Notes: generated by a model not told the origin, from the letters alone. Shown: positions 39,555-52,759, numbered from the stretch's first letter. The stretch is DNA of 64,000 bases from Lama glama (GCA_028534125.1 CM052817.1:21950001-22014000), one strand, 5' to 3'. Numbers and translations are program-made.

Positions 39555-39670
39555 ATACAAAAGAATCACTGAGCATTGTGTTAAAATGCAGACTCTGTTT
39601 TAGTTGGTCTGGGGAGGGGAATCTCTGAAGTTCTGCATTTATATCCAGCTTCCAGGTGACCAAACTCTGA
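39555..39670. mobile_element. MER5-like hAT-Charlie fragment
   Basis: agaatcactgagcattgtgttaaaatgcaga...ggtctggggaggg...ctgcattt...cagcttccaggtga. Confidence 0.7.
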
Positions 39671-39974
39671 TTTATTAGATTATTGTTTGAAGTGCATTTT
39701 TTAGCCCACATGTATTTTTTCTTGAGTGAAAGTTTTCTATTTTGCAGTTTTTCAAATTAAGCATAAATCTCTTACAGCTTGGAATGTTTTTTTATATCTT
39801 TATATATCCCTCATCCTGCCTATGAAGTGTTTAATAAATATTTACCCCTAATAGTGGTGAAAACTTCTGTATATAAATTGCTTTAACTTTCAAGTCCCCA
39901 AAGGCAAAATTAATTGCTAGATTTCAATGTTAAAAACATTTTCAAAGTGATTACTTATATACTTTGTTTTATAT

Positions 39975-40190
39975 TTGAAAGTTAGTATCCAAATCCTTGC
40001 TTGGTCACTTATAACCATGTGACCTTGGAAAGGTGGCTCAATCTCTGTGTATTTTGTTTTCTGAGATCAGAAAGAAATTGTGCCTCCAGTGGCCATTTTG
40101 AGGGTTACATGAAATAGCATATTATCTGCTAAGAAATACCTGACATACAAACATCTCAATGAATGCTAATTATCTTATTTCTTGTTATTA
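39975..40190 (+). mobile_element. MIR SINE
   Basis: ccaaatccttgcttggtcacttataaccatgtgaccttggaaaggtggctcaatctctgtg...tgagggttacatgaaatagcatat...cctgacata. Confidence 0.8.
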
Positions 40191-42192
40191 TTATTTTATA
40201 TGTAATATGCACATACATACATATATCATACACATGAATTTAGTAGTAGTTTTTAAAGTTTATAACAAGCAGATCTCTATTGTGTTTAAATTCTGATAAT
40301 ATAAATCTATACTAATTTCTGTAACTTAACAGAATCAAAAGATGTTTCAACTTTACACTGTCTTGTTTAAGAATATATAATGCTTATGAAAATACAGTGA
40401 AACCTAATGCTTAAGCTGTAATTCAGTACTTGATATTGCTATTAATGAACAGCAGTACTGACATTCTACTGTTCATAATATCAGCTGAACAGTTCCATGA
40501 GTTGCACCCTTTATTTTTTTGAGCAGCATGTGCCACTATAGCCAATAAAATATAGTTTATTCATGATTAACTTATGTACAGTACAACACTCACATCCTAT
40601 CATGATTCTTTATGTAATTATACCTTTTAGATTGTGTATAAATAATGTTACTATTATACTTCTTTAACAAGGAAAAATAGCAGTTTAAAACACTTTAGAT
40701 TTAAAAAAGGAAGAAATTTTCTTCCAAGTTCCTTCATTCTCTATTTTAACAATGTACACTTAAGGGAACAATGAAACACCTTAGTGCATAGAAAAGCTGG
40801 AAAACTCTTGACAACATAGGATTGCAAAGTTTATGTAATTTAACTTTGGAATTAACCGTATTGTTAACCCAAAGTGCTCATTCTTCTAAAAAATATCCAG
40901 TTCACTGAACAAATAACTACTTAGCACTTATATCCTAGGAGCTGAATGTGAATCAAAACATAGCAGTAAACAGAACAAATACCTTGCTAAACAAAGACTC
41001 TGAAAGCACACATGTATATCTCTTAATCTAGCCTTGAAAATCCGTGAAGACTTCCTGGAAAAGGCAAATCTAAGAGGTTCCCCATTAAGTAATAAGCTGA
41101 AAATTAACCCCGTCCCCATTTTACATACTTTCTTTTAGTATACATTGTATAGGAAATGTGAGGCTTTGTTGTTAAAAAAAAAAACTGATTTTAAATTTTC
41201 AGTTGATAACCATATCATTTTTTCTCTGTGTATTTATGTCAAAGCAGTTGATACCAAACATTGTTTACTCCTTATACTCAAAGGAGATAAGAAAACTGAA
41301 CAAAACCATTGTGTATCAATTAATGTCCAAGTTAAAATAAGTTAAATTCTTAGTCTAGCAAGATCAGAAGTGTTGTGGGTCGTACTTATTAAATATTCTC
41401 CATCATAAGAGTGTGCTTGCAATTATTTTTATTATATGATTTACTCATTGGATGCTTGAATGGATTGTTTAGAACTCTGTCTTGTTTTTTTCCTTTTGAT
41501 AATTTATTAATGAGTGAATTGACTTTTTTTTTAAAATAGGGTGTGAAAATCTGCAATTTCATGTTATTTGTTAGTGAAAATGTAACTACTGGTTAAAATG
41601 AAAAGACTATATGTGGACCTCCATTTATACTCTTGCCTACGGTGATAAATCTGGGTCCACTGTTCTCCAAAGCTGACTCTTAGGTGAGGTCTTTCATTAG
41701 GGTCTGAGACCTGGCCTTCTGAAGGATGACTGCCACCCAACTTGGCAGCACTCCAGAGGATGCTGAGAAGGGAAACTTCGGGATTTAACCTGTTCTCTTT
41801 CCGCCTTCACACTAGGAATAAAAGAAGAGTCAATGTGCCACCTTTAGAGGCTGCCAACCCTGCCTAGGAAACAGGACCTACATGTACATAGCTTTCTCTG
41901 TAGAGGACCTAGCATGGTTCCTTGGGCCACTTGAAAGGATGGTCATTGAAGCTAGGAAGAGGCTGTGAACAGTCTCTGTCAGTATGAGGAGCCTGGTGGG
42001 ATGTAGGAAAACGTAGCATGATTTATTTTTCCCATCACTGGTGAGACCCTGGGTAGAGCTTCTAGTCAGCGATGAGTTCATCTTCAGGATCCTTGCATTC
42101 TGACTATATGGAATTGGAGAAAGCTGGCCTATGATAGGCATTGATCAGCTTCTCCTGGTAGGGGTTGGAATGTGAGTCTGAAGATACCTAAT

Positions 42193-42640
42193 TCTATTAG
42201 TCAGTGTTTCCTAGAGAAACAGATCAGTAATATTTATATACATATGTAAGGGAAATTATGAGGCGGACAAGTCTTATGATCTGACATTTGTAAGCTGGAG
42301 ACCCAGGAAACCCAGTGGTATATTTCGCGTCTGAGTCTGAAGACCTGAGAAGCAGGGAATGCAATGTTGTAAATCTCAGTCCAAGGGCCAGAGAAGATGA
42401 AATGAGGAATCCTAACTCAACACTAAGGGAGAAAAAAGGGGGACAGATTTCTTTTTTCTCCATCTTTATTTCTATTCAGGTGCTCAAAGAATTGAAGGAT
42501 GCTCACCCACACTGGGGAGGTCAGTCTGCCTACTGTGACTGCCAAGGTCATCCCGAAACACCCTCTCTAGCACACTCAATAATACTATTTAGTCTTGGAA
42601 CTCTGTGGCCAGTCAAGCTGACACAAAATTAACTATTTCC
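42193..42640 (-). mobile_element. MLT2-like (ERVL) solo LTR
   Basis: tattagtcagtgtttcctagagaaacaga...gtaagctggagacccaggaaa...ggccagtcaagctgacacaaaattaacta. Confidence 0.9.
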
Positions 42641-43049
42641 CTAATCCATCCTGAATCTCAACTTCTATCTTGCCCCTTCAAAAGAACCTTTAAAATACAT
42701 TTAAACCAATTGCATAGACAGCAGTGCATGACTTAAGATGGTAATATGAATGATGAGCAGAGGATAAAGTCTACATATTAATAACATATACAATGTTAAT
42801 AACATTCATAAAATGTATTTACAGAGGAAAAAAATCAACATGGGCAGTAAAGGAACCATGTTATTTTTGTTTTTAATATTTCAATTTAAAGATAATGAAT
42901 ACACAGTATTTAGGGGCATATATGTAATTTTGAATGTTAATATAATGAAAATCTTATACGCATTATCCCATAGATGATTATCTTAAGGGCAGTTTTGTTT
43001 CCCAGAATATATGTCTTTCCATCCTGTTACTCTGGTATTAAAATAGATA

Positions 43050-43795
43050 TGTACACTTTTGCAAGATGTATACAGTAAAAATTATTTCTTTTGCTTAGTA
43101 TTACATTCTGTAACATCATCCATATTGAAATATGAGTTTTAATTCTTTCATGTTCACTGTTTGTAATATATTCTTAAGTCCATTATACATGTTGTAAATA
43201 TCTTTTCCAAGTTTTTTTCATTTTTGCATGTTTTTTACTTTTTAAAATTTTCATTATTTAATGTCTTTTTATAAACAGAAGTTCTTAATTTATTCAAAAT
43301 TTGTCTTTTTATTTATGTTTTGACACTTTCATGTCACATTTAAGAAATCCATCCATACTCTAAGGACGTAAAAATTATCATTTATATTATTTTCTGGAAG
43401 TTTTGTAATTTTGCCTTTCACCAGGGGCATTTTAATTCAAATAGGATAAAATTTTGTCCATAGTGTGAGATACATTCCAATTGCTCTTATCTATAATGTC
43501 AGCCATTTCCAGACAATTTGTTTATAAGTTCATTCTTTTCCTGTAATCTACCATGTCTGCTCTTCATAATTTAGAAGTTCACATATGCATGGCTTTGTTT
43601 CTTGATTTTATATTACATAGTATTTGTCAATATTTAAATCTCAATGTCTATATCTTGCTGTCTTAAAACTACGTTATTAGATAAGTGTCATTTCCTCTTA
43701 CTTTGTTTTTCTGCTTCAGAACTATTTTAGAAATAGTTCGCCCTTTGCTCTTTTATGTAAATTTTGTGATTGGCTTGTCAATTTCTTCAAAAAAA
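43050..43795 (-). mobile_element. Ancient L1M ORF2 3' part, antisense
   Basis: gttgtaaatatcttttccaa, tttaagaaatcc, ccctttgctcttttatgtaaattttgtgattggcttgtcaatttct. Confidence 0.75.
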
Positions 43796-43809
43796 AAAAA
43801 AAGCAGATC

Positions 43810-44790
43810 TTAGCCATTATTTAAGGAAACAATAATGTCAATTCCACACAAACTTTTAGAATATGGAAGAAGAGGAAATATCTTACAATACATTTTTAGA
43901 AACCAACATTATATGCTGATATCTCATTGTGATATCCAGATGAGATAGATGACATAAAGAGAAAAATACTATCCAATATCCCTCTCTAAAGATATAAAAC
44001 TTTTTAAAAAAATATTAGAAAATCAAACCCAGCAATATGTAAAAAGGCTAATACACTATGAACAAGTGGGCTTTATTCTTGCCATGTAAAATTGGTTCAA
44101 CATTCTTAAATAATATTATGTAATTTATTATATGATAATTCATGTAATTATTATAATGAACCCAAATCAATGGATTTAGATAAAACATTTGACAAAATTT
44201 AACATCCATCCCTGACTTTAAAAAGCAATTAAAGGGTGGAGGGTATAGCTCAGTGGTAGAATTCATGCTTAGCATGCACGAGGTCCTGGGTTCAATCCCC
44301 AGTACCTTCCATTAAAAATAAATAAACCTAATTACCCCTACCCCCCAAAAAAAGCACTTAAAATAACACTAAATTTCAGCAAAATAACACTAGGAGAGAA
44401 CTTTCTCCACAAGATAAAGGGTATCTATGAAAAACTTACAGATCATACCATAATTAAGGTAAAAGACAATACTTTTCCACTAAGAACAGGAAAACTGCAA
44501 ATTTATCTACTCTTATAATTCTTTTTCAACACAGTATTAGAAGTACCAACCAAGAATCAGACTAGAAAAAGCAGACAGCATTCAGACTGGGGAAAAAAAA
44601 CTGGTAAAACTGTGTTTATTAGTAGACAATATGTTTTTATTATAAAACAAACAATAAACAAAGAATCTACAAAGAAGCTACTAGATCTAATAATGTGAGA
44701 TAAGACAGTGTCAGGTGTTAATACAACATCACATACATAAAAATGAACTGCATTATTACAGATGAGAAGGGAACACTTGAAAATTTAAAT
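43810..44790 (+). mobile_element. Ancient L1M ORF2 (RT region), sense; interrupted by a SINE
   Basis: ttaaggaaacaataatgtcaattccacacaaact, aaaacatttgacaaaatttaacatcc, aagggtatctatgaaaaacttacag, agaagctactagatctaataa. Confidence 0.8.
44234..44348 (+). mobile_element. tRNA-derived camelid SINE (vic-1 type), young copy
   Basis: gggtatagctcagtggtaga...atgcttagcatgcacgaggtcctgggttcaatccccagtacc...aaataaacctaattacccc. 14-bp TSD aaaaagca(a/c)ttaaa at 44220-44233 and 44349-44362. Confidence 0.95.
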
Positions 44791-44949
44791 ATAATTAAAA
44801 GTACCAGACATCCACTTGCTAATTTTTATCATCTCAGGTGTTTGAGCTATTTATTTTTACTTATACACATTCTTAATCAACATATTTTGATATTATTTTT
44901 ACATTAAAATCTTTTTAAAAATCTGCTCTTTGTTTCGCATTAGTTATAG

Positions 44950-45800
44950 AATACTTTTTCCAGAATTCGAATTTTATGTCAAAAATATTTCTTAACACAG
45001 TAAAGACAATAAATATTCTAAGGTTTTCTGGAGATCATTGGTGTTTTTGTAAGTGAATTTTCAGTCTAAGTGCATATTTGGAAGTAATCTATTGCTGTTT
45101 TTACTGGTTTTTCCAACTCTAGTTTTCGTTATTTTCCTTGTGGAATTTTGCAGTTTCATTCTGATGTGTTAGAGCTCTGGGGGGGAGGAATAATTTAGAA
45201 TTTCTAAATTGAAGGATTAATTTCTTTATGTAACTCAAAAATTCCTTAGCCATTTTATGATTTAGTGCTCTACTTTCTCCATTCTATGATCTCCTTCAGA
45301 AAATACAATTACATCTACTTAAGACCTTGTCATGCTATCCTGCAAGTCTCCAAACCTTTATTTCATATTAGACTTTGTTTCTCTGAGATGCATTCTCTTA
45401 TTTTTCCAGTGTAGCTTTCATTCCTTAATTAAACCCTCAACTTTAATTTGATTTTTTGACCCATTCACTGAATTTCACATATTACTTGTTAGTTTTGATT
45501 GTACAAGTTTTATAGGAGCATTTATCTACTAATTATTTTTTATATTTTTTTCTTTTTAAAATATTCTTGTTTTTCAAGCTGAATTTTAAAAATTTAAATA
45601 TATTAAGTATAGTTATCTTATATTCTAGACATGATATATTTGAAAAAAAATGTAGAATTAAATTCTGCTGTTTGTTAATTCTGCTGTTTTACCCCTTAAG
45701 TATTAATTCCTTCTGTTCATTCTTTCAGAATGTAAGAAGCTTATATTCCTTCAAGTTTTATGTTTGGGCGATGTTTAAAGACTAAAAAGAATAATTAAGA
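44950..45800 (-). mobile_element. Degenerate HAL1/L1M ORF1-region fragment
   Basis: ttttccttgtggaattttgcagtttcattctgatgtgt, aattccttagccatt, tctccattct; resembles antisense ORF1 sequence of old L1/HAL1. Confidence 0.45.
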
Positions 45801-47509
45801 TTATGTCTTCCTGTCTTCTGGGAGCATCATAAATGTAGGTCCACATAAAATAATTTGAGGCTTTTTGGACAACACAGGTGGTATCCTTTTGGACTACAAA
45901 CTCAAATGCATTCCAACTCTGGTTGTAAAATCACAGCATTTTTAGGAAATGTATTTGGAAGTGTTATTCTGGATATATGGTCACCATATATTTATTTAAA
46001 ACATGTTTATCAAAGCTTTAATGTATTTTTCTAGTTAAATACATATCCAAACAGCAATGTATATTATATTCCATTTCAAGTTCTGTCTCATTTTGTCATG
46101 TACACATAAGAATTAATTGCTGAAATTTATAGGAAGTAATTCAGAATTTTTAAATTAACAGAAAAAAGAATATGTATTTTTCTTTTTAAACTCATTCTGT
46201 TAATAATCAACATAAAATCCTGTTCTGCCAAAGTATAAATGGAAATTTAGGGAAAAGGTTATAAATAATTAATTGAATATCCTTGAGATGAGTAAAAATC
46301 ACTTCTATCAATAGTGGTCTAAGAGATTTTATATATCCCAGTGCTCTTGAAAGTATTATGTCAACTGAAAAATATAAATTAGCACATCATTCTATCAGCA
46401 TTAACTTTTTAATAAGGCAAAGGACTGAATTGTTTACAGAGAACATAACAGCATGTTTTCAGAAAACAGAACATACAAATATATTCAACATTTTAACTCA
46501 CAAATATAGTAAAAGAGAATGTTATATATAATGATAATTTGAACTACATTTCTTTCAGATTATGAAGAACAAGTATGTATTTTTAAGTGACAATACATTT
46601 CTTTACATTGTTTTGGCAGAAGTATGCTTGTTAGATTCACAAACACAAAGCATACGGAATGTTTAGAATTCAGTTTGAGAAAGAGTCTCTATATCCTGAG
46701 AATAATAACAGTTCTCGTTCACTTTTCAAAGAAAGAGTACAGTTTATTGTTAGAGAATACAAAAATTAAAAATTTTACTTCAGTATTTTTGATTTTAGAA
46801 AATCAGCAATATATCCAAGTTTTAAGGTAAATAAAGCTCACTAAGTAGGCTAAACTGATGACTTTATTCAAGTCCCTTATTTGAGAGTATGTAGAAATTT
46901 TTCTTGCATTTGTATCTGGATCCTAGAATAAATTTAATGTGCTTGAATGATTCTACTAATTTAGTACATTTTGTTGTGTGCATGCTTTTGTTTTTCCTCA
47001 GAGAAATTTTTATTTGGATAAATTTGCACATTCACAAACTGAAACCAGAAGTCTAGAAGTTTATTACTACTTACGGTCATAAAATGACACGAACAATGTA
47101 GCATAAGAGGGATATTATTTTCAAAATATGTTTAGAAGCAATGGTATAGGTATTTATGAAAAGGAAGCATAAGAAAAGAATGTATCTGAACTTTGAATTC
47201 TAAATGAACATTGTAGGATATTCTGAAGGCAGTAAGTACTTAACTGATTTTCCCAATTCAGCCTTAGAAGGAGCCTTGGGGCTAGTTTGTACTAGAAGTC
47301 TAGTTTATGGACCTAAAAAAGTATCTATGTAAAGTATCACATACTGCAAAGAATTCAAGTCATAAAATAAGACTATCAGATAAAGAAATGAGGATAGTAT
47401 TTCATGCCTTAAAGACATGATACTAAAAAACTATCAAGAGTAGAGATTAATTTTAAACAATTTTAATTATTTTAATATATACAATTTTGAAACTCAAAAA
47501 GTGAAACTT

Positions 47510-47949
47510 GTGTATTAGAGGTTGGGTTCCTGGGGAAGCAGGTTCTAAGACAGATTATTTTACAGGAAGTTACTTGGGGAGTGCTCTTAAGATGTAGATG
47601 TATTGGGAAAGGGAAGGAAACAGGACTGGGCAGAAAATGAAATTAGGCTTCAGTGTAGTCTCAACAAGGGTGGAGATGAGCCTCCATAGAATTCTGGAGC
47701 TGGGATGGTCCTTCACAGTGTTGTCTTGTGAGGTCATGGACACAGGTTTTTATACCCCTGTGTCAAGTAGTCGTAGGATTCAGCTGCCTTCATTCAGAAA
47801 AGGGACATGACTTAGGTGAGGCATCTCTTCTTAGCTAGGACAATCCTGGGGAAGTCTGACCATTGAGCTATGGAAGGCAGCAATTAGGGAAATGTCACTC
47901 CAGTTTGAAGGGGGGGTGGGTTTGAGGAGTCATCTGAGCATCCTCCACA
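47510..47949 (-). mobile_element. LTR33-like ERVL solo LTR
   Basis: ggttgggttcctggggaagcagg...ggggagtgctct...gaaggaaacaggactgggcaga...ttctggagctgggatggtccttcaca...ttttatacccc...tccaca. Confidence 0.8.
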
Positions 47950-47995
47950 TTATCTGACACTTAGTATGTACTATGATGTCTGACTATGCTAAGTC

Positions 47996-47996
<1 letters not shown>

Positions 47997-48082
<86 letters not shown>

Positions 48083-48145
48083 TTCTTTCTTCCTTCCTTC
48101 CTTCCTTCCTTCCTTCCTTCCTTCCTTCCTTCCTTTCTTTCTTCC
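47997..48145. repeat. Compound microsatellite (TTTC)21 ... (TTCC)~11
   Basis: Directly visible; occupies the poly(A)-tail position of the adjacent minus-strand L1. Confidence 0.97.
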
Positions 48146-50108
48146 TATTGAAGTACAGTCAGTTACAATGTGTCACTTTCTGGTGTACAGCACAATGTCT
48201 CAGTCATGCAAAAACATACCTATATTTGTTTTCATATTCTTTTCCATTAAAGGTTATTACAAGATATTGAATATAGTTCCTGTGCTACACAGAAGAAATT
48301 TGATTGTTTTTATCTATTTATGTATACAGTGGCTAACATTTATAAATCTCAAACTCTCAAATTTATCCCTTCCTGCCTCTTTTCCCCCAGTAACCAAAAG
48401 ATTGTTTACTATGTCTGCAAGTCTGTTTCTGTTTTGTAGATGAGATTATGAGTAGCCTGGTTTTTCTTTTCTTTTAGATACCACATATGATTGATAGCAT
48501 AAGGTATTTTTCTTTCTCTTTCTGGCTTACTTTGCTTAGAATGATCTTTAGACCCATTCATGTTGCTGCAAATAGCATAATTTTATTATTTTTATGGCTG
48601 AGTAGTATTCCATTATATACATATACCAAAACTTCTTTATCCAGTCATCTCTTGATGGACATTTAGGTTGTTTCCATGTCTTGGCTATTGTATATAGTAC
48701 TGCTATGAATATTAGGGTGCATGTATCTTTTTGAATTAGAGTTCCCTCTGGATATATGCCCAGGTGTGGTATTGCTGTATCATATGTTAAGTCTATTTTT
48801 AATTTTTTGAGGAATCTCCATACTGTTTTCCATAATGGCTGCACCAAGCGACATTCCCACCAACAGTAGAAAGGGGTTTTCTTTTCTCTACACCCTCTCC
48901 AGCATTTATCTTTTGTGGACTTTTTAATGATGGCCATTCTGACTAGTATGAGATGGTAGTACTTCATTGTAATTTTGATTTGCATTTCTCTGATAATTAG
49001 TGATAGTAAGCATTTCTTCATGTGTCTATTGTACATTTGTATGTCTTCACTGGAGAATTGCTTCTTTAGGCCTTCTGCCCATTTTTGGATTGGGTTGTTT
49101 GTTTAGTTGTTATTAAGTCATTTAAGCTGTTTATATATTCTGGAAATTAAACCTTTGTCAGTCACATCATTTGCAAATATTTACTCCCATTCCATAGGTT
49201 GTTGTTTTGTTTTCCTTATGGTTTCCTTTGCTGTGCAAAAGCTTATAAGTTTAATTAGATCCCATTTGTTTATTTTTGCTTTTATTTCTATTGCCTAGGT
49301 ACACTGCCCTAAGAGAACACTACTAGGATTTATGTCAGAGAATGTTTTGCATATGTTTTCTTCTAGGAATTTTATTGTGTCTTTTCTTATATATAAGTCT
49401 TTAAGCCATTTTGTTTTATTTTTGTGTATGCTGTGAAGAGTGTTTTACCTTCATTGATTTACAGTTTTCCCAACCACTTGCTGAAGAGACTCTCTTTTCT
49501 CCACTGCATATTCTTGCCGCCTTTGTCAAAAATTAATTGTCCATAGGTCTGTGTGTTTATTTCTGGGCTCTCTACTCTGTTGCATTGATCCATATGTCTG
49601 TTTTTCTGCCAATACCATGCTATTTTGATTACTGTAGCCCTGTAATGTTGTCTGAAGTCTAGGAGGGTTATTCCTCAAGTTTTGGTTTTTTTATTAAATA
49701 TTGCTTTGGCTATTCTGGGTCTTTTGTGATTCCATACAGATTTTAGGATTATTTGTTCTAGTTCTGTGAAAAATGTTGGGTAACTTGATAGGGATCACAT
49801 TAAATCTGTATATTGCCTTGGGAAGTATGACCATTTTAGGAATATTAATTACTCAAATCCAGGAGCATGAGCTATCTTTCAATTTCTTTAAGTCATTTTT
49901 AATTTCCTTAATCAATGTTTTGTAGTTTCCATGTAAAAGTCTTTCATCTATTTATTCCTAAGTATTTTATTGTTTTGGGTGTGATTTTAAAAAGGATTTT
50001 TAAAAAATTTTCTTTCTCTCTTATTTCATTGTTAGTGTAAAGAAATGCAGCTGATTTCTGTATGTTAACTTTGTATCCTGCTACTTTTCCAAATTCATTT
50101 ATCAGCTC
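48146..50108 (-). mobile_element. L1 3' part (ORF2 C-terminal half + 3' UTR), non-inverted segment of a 5'-inverted insertion
   Basis: Minus ORFs [17 protein letters not shown]...KCWRGC...[20 protein letters not shown] and [19 protein letters not shown]. Confidence 0.95.
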
Positions 50109-50827
50109 ATACCAATCCTTCTCAAACTCTTCCAAAAGATTGAAAAGGAGGGAGTACTCTCAAACTCATTCTATAAAGCCACCATCATCCTGATACCAAA
50201 ACCAGACAAAGAAACTACCAAAAAAGAAACTTATAGGCCAATATTATTATGAACATGGATGCAAAAATCCTCAACAAAATGTTAGCACACAGAATCTAAC
50301 AGCACATTAAAAAGATCTTTCACATTGATCAAGTTGGATTTATCCCACAAGGATGATTCAACATATGCAAATCAATCAATGTGACAGACTACATCAACAA
50401 AAGAAGGGTCAAAAATCACCTGATCATCTCAATAGTTGTAGAAAAGCATTTGATAAGATTCAATACCCACTTATGATAAAATCTCTTACCAAAGTGGGTA
50501 TTGAGGAAATATATCTCAACATAGTAAAAACTATTTATGACAAACCCACAGCCAACATAATTCTCAATGGTGAAAAGTTGAAAGACTTCCCACTAAAATC
50601 TGGAGCAAGAAAAAGATGCCCACTTCTATTCAACATAGTCTTAGAAGTCCTAGCCACAACAATCAGCAAGAAAAAGAAATAAAAGTGATCCAAATTGGAG
50701 GAGAAGAGGTAAAATTGTTACTATATGTGAATGATATGATACTACATATAGAAAACCCTGAAAGTTTCACACAAAATCTACTAGAGCTGGTAAAAGAATT
50801 TGGCAAGGTAGCAGGATACAAGATTAA
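50104..50827 (+). mobile_element. Inverted 5' segment of the same L1 (RT region)
   Basis: [51 protein letters not shown] (decayed catalytic Y/FADD), [16 protein letters not shown]. Confidence 0.93.
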
Positions 50828-50833
50828 GTTCCT

Positions 50834-50990
50834 AATATGTATATTTAATTTTATCCTTGAGACATCTCTAAGCTCATCACTGAGGCTCAGAAAATGAATA
50901 AACTTGTCCAGGCTACCAGCAAATAGGTAGTATAGCTAGAATATTGGAGTTTTTGTTAAGAGCAAACACTTAGCTACTTTGCAAAAGTGC
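50834..50990 (-). mobile_element. MIR split by the L1 insertion (other part ~47955-47997)
   Basis: actgaggctcagaaaatgaataaacttgtccaggctaccagc on the right; tactatgatgtctgactatgctaagt on the left. Confidence 0.65.
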
Positions 50991-51597
50991 TTTTATCAGT
51001 AAGTTCAGAAAATAATTTTCTCATTAGGTTTTAATTTATTATTCCTATCTGTAGGAATATAGATACAAGGAGACTTATTTCAAGGATTGCTAGCTCTTGA
51101 ATAACAGGAATAGTTCTTGCAAAGCAAAAAGATATTCATTATATATATATTCATTATATAATGACACCAGGAGGCAATACATATTAAACAGTTCTGATGG
51201 CTATAGTAATGGTGGTGTTCCTCTGGCCAAAAGTGATAGAGAATGAATTTCTCTCTTCCTCATTTCATTCTTTCTTTCTTTAATGTGAATTTACAATTTC
51301 TCATTGCTGAACAACAAGTGGGTCCATCTGCTATGGCTGATTCTTGGCATTATGAAGAAATGATATAAATTTTCAACTGTGTTTGTTATCTAGGATTTTT
51401 ATTTTTATTCTCTTTATATATGCCTATAATACCTAAAAACTATTTCATAATTGCATACTCTTTAGTGTCTTCTCTTTTTCATCCTTTCTATGTGCATAAT
51501 TTTTTGACACCAATGTTCTAGGACCTGTTAATGGAAAATAGATCTTTCATTGATATTAAGTCTTCAATGTGGGCCAAAGTTTAAACAATGATGGCAT

Positions 51598-51766
51598 TTT
51601 TTAAAAAATTAAAGTATAATTGATTTACAAATTTGTGTCAGTTGGTGTACAGCAAAGTGATTCATTTATACATGTATATGTATATATATTCAGATTCTTT
51701 TCCACTATAGGTTATTAAAAGATACTGAATTCCTTGTGCTATAAAGTAGGTTCGTATTGTTTATCT
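51598..51766 (-). mobile_element. Short L1 3'-end fragment
   Basis: aagtataattgatttacaaa...ggtgtacagcaaagtgattca...ataggttatt...tgtgctata. Confidence 0.85.
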
Positions 51767-51849
51767 GGCAGCTTTTTTTCTTCCAACTGTTATTTGTAAA
51801 ATCCTGACTCTAAACCGGGGAGCATTTTGTGATATTACAGGATGATGCA

Positions 51850-52070
51850 CCTAATTAGGGGACCCTGGCAGCTTTGGTTTAAATCCCAGGCCTGACTTTG
51901 AGCAAGTCTCTTAAGTTCATTTAATTTCCTTTACTGTAAACCAGCAGTAATATGATTTTCTTTCTGACCTCACACTTCTGCTCCAAAGCAAAAGCTAATA
52001 CAGGTGAAAATGTAAAGAACTATAAATTACTTAAAGATAATAAAGTAGAATTATTATGATGATTATTAAT
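51850..52070 (+). mobile_element. MIR fragment
   Basis: tggtttaaatcccagg...tgactttgagcaagtctcttaa...tttcctttactgtaaa. Confidence 0.65.
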
Positions 52071-52759
52071 TTGATCAAAATATTTGCTTGTTTGTTTGTT
52101 TGTTTATTTTACTGCAAGCTGTTTCTAAAGACTGACCAGGTCACATCAGCACAAATTATCTGGGGTCAAGTTGTTGCTACCCTCTTTATATGAACTTGTA
52201 CTCTCCCGGTCCCCTCAGTCCCTGCCACTTACTCAGTGCTGGATTATACACCTAACAATTTCACATTTGTTCCAGCCTCTTCTCCATGGGCATTTGGGTT
52301 ACAACTTCTGTTTTATATTTATTAACTCTACCTAGTTGTATCTTGTATTATAGAAAACAATATTCTTACTGAACATTATGCATGACCCCTACAAAATTAT
52401 ATTCACAAAACAGTGATTTAAACTTTTGGTCCTGGTTTTTTGCACTGAATTGATAATGCTCACTTAAAAAAAGTCTTCAGGATTAATGAAATTCCAAATG
52501 TTGCTAATGAATATTTTTCACTGTTTTGTTGTTCTCAAATGATTTAGTTTAGAAAAAATAATAATTAGCAAAAAATTATTAAAATGCTTTCTTTTAATAA
52601 TGGGTGCTATGTAATTTCTTAAGTTTTATTCATTTTTTAAAACTAATTCCATCTGCAGATTAATTTGGTGCAAGGAGTATGGTAGGGATCTAGGGTACAT
52701 CTAGCCAGTTATTGCTACACCATTTGTTGAATACAACCATTTTCTCTACTGATTTGATT

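Noticed and set aside
41650..42190. GC-richer block with a possible ERVL LTR (MER68/77-like) remnant
   Set aside because: Similarity too short for me to assign family or boundaries; needs a Dfam scan.
47973..48443. 156-aa ORF with SFFL/PSFL repeats
   Set aside because: Translation of the microsatellite plus antisense L1 3' UTR.
48548..49036. Longest ORF in the track (162 aa)
   Set aside because: Fragment of the L1 ORF2 C-terminus in a disrupted element; not a host gene.
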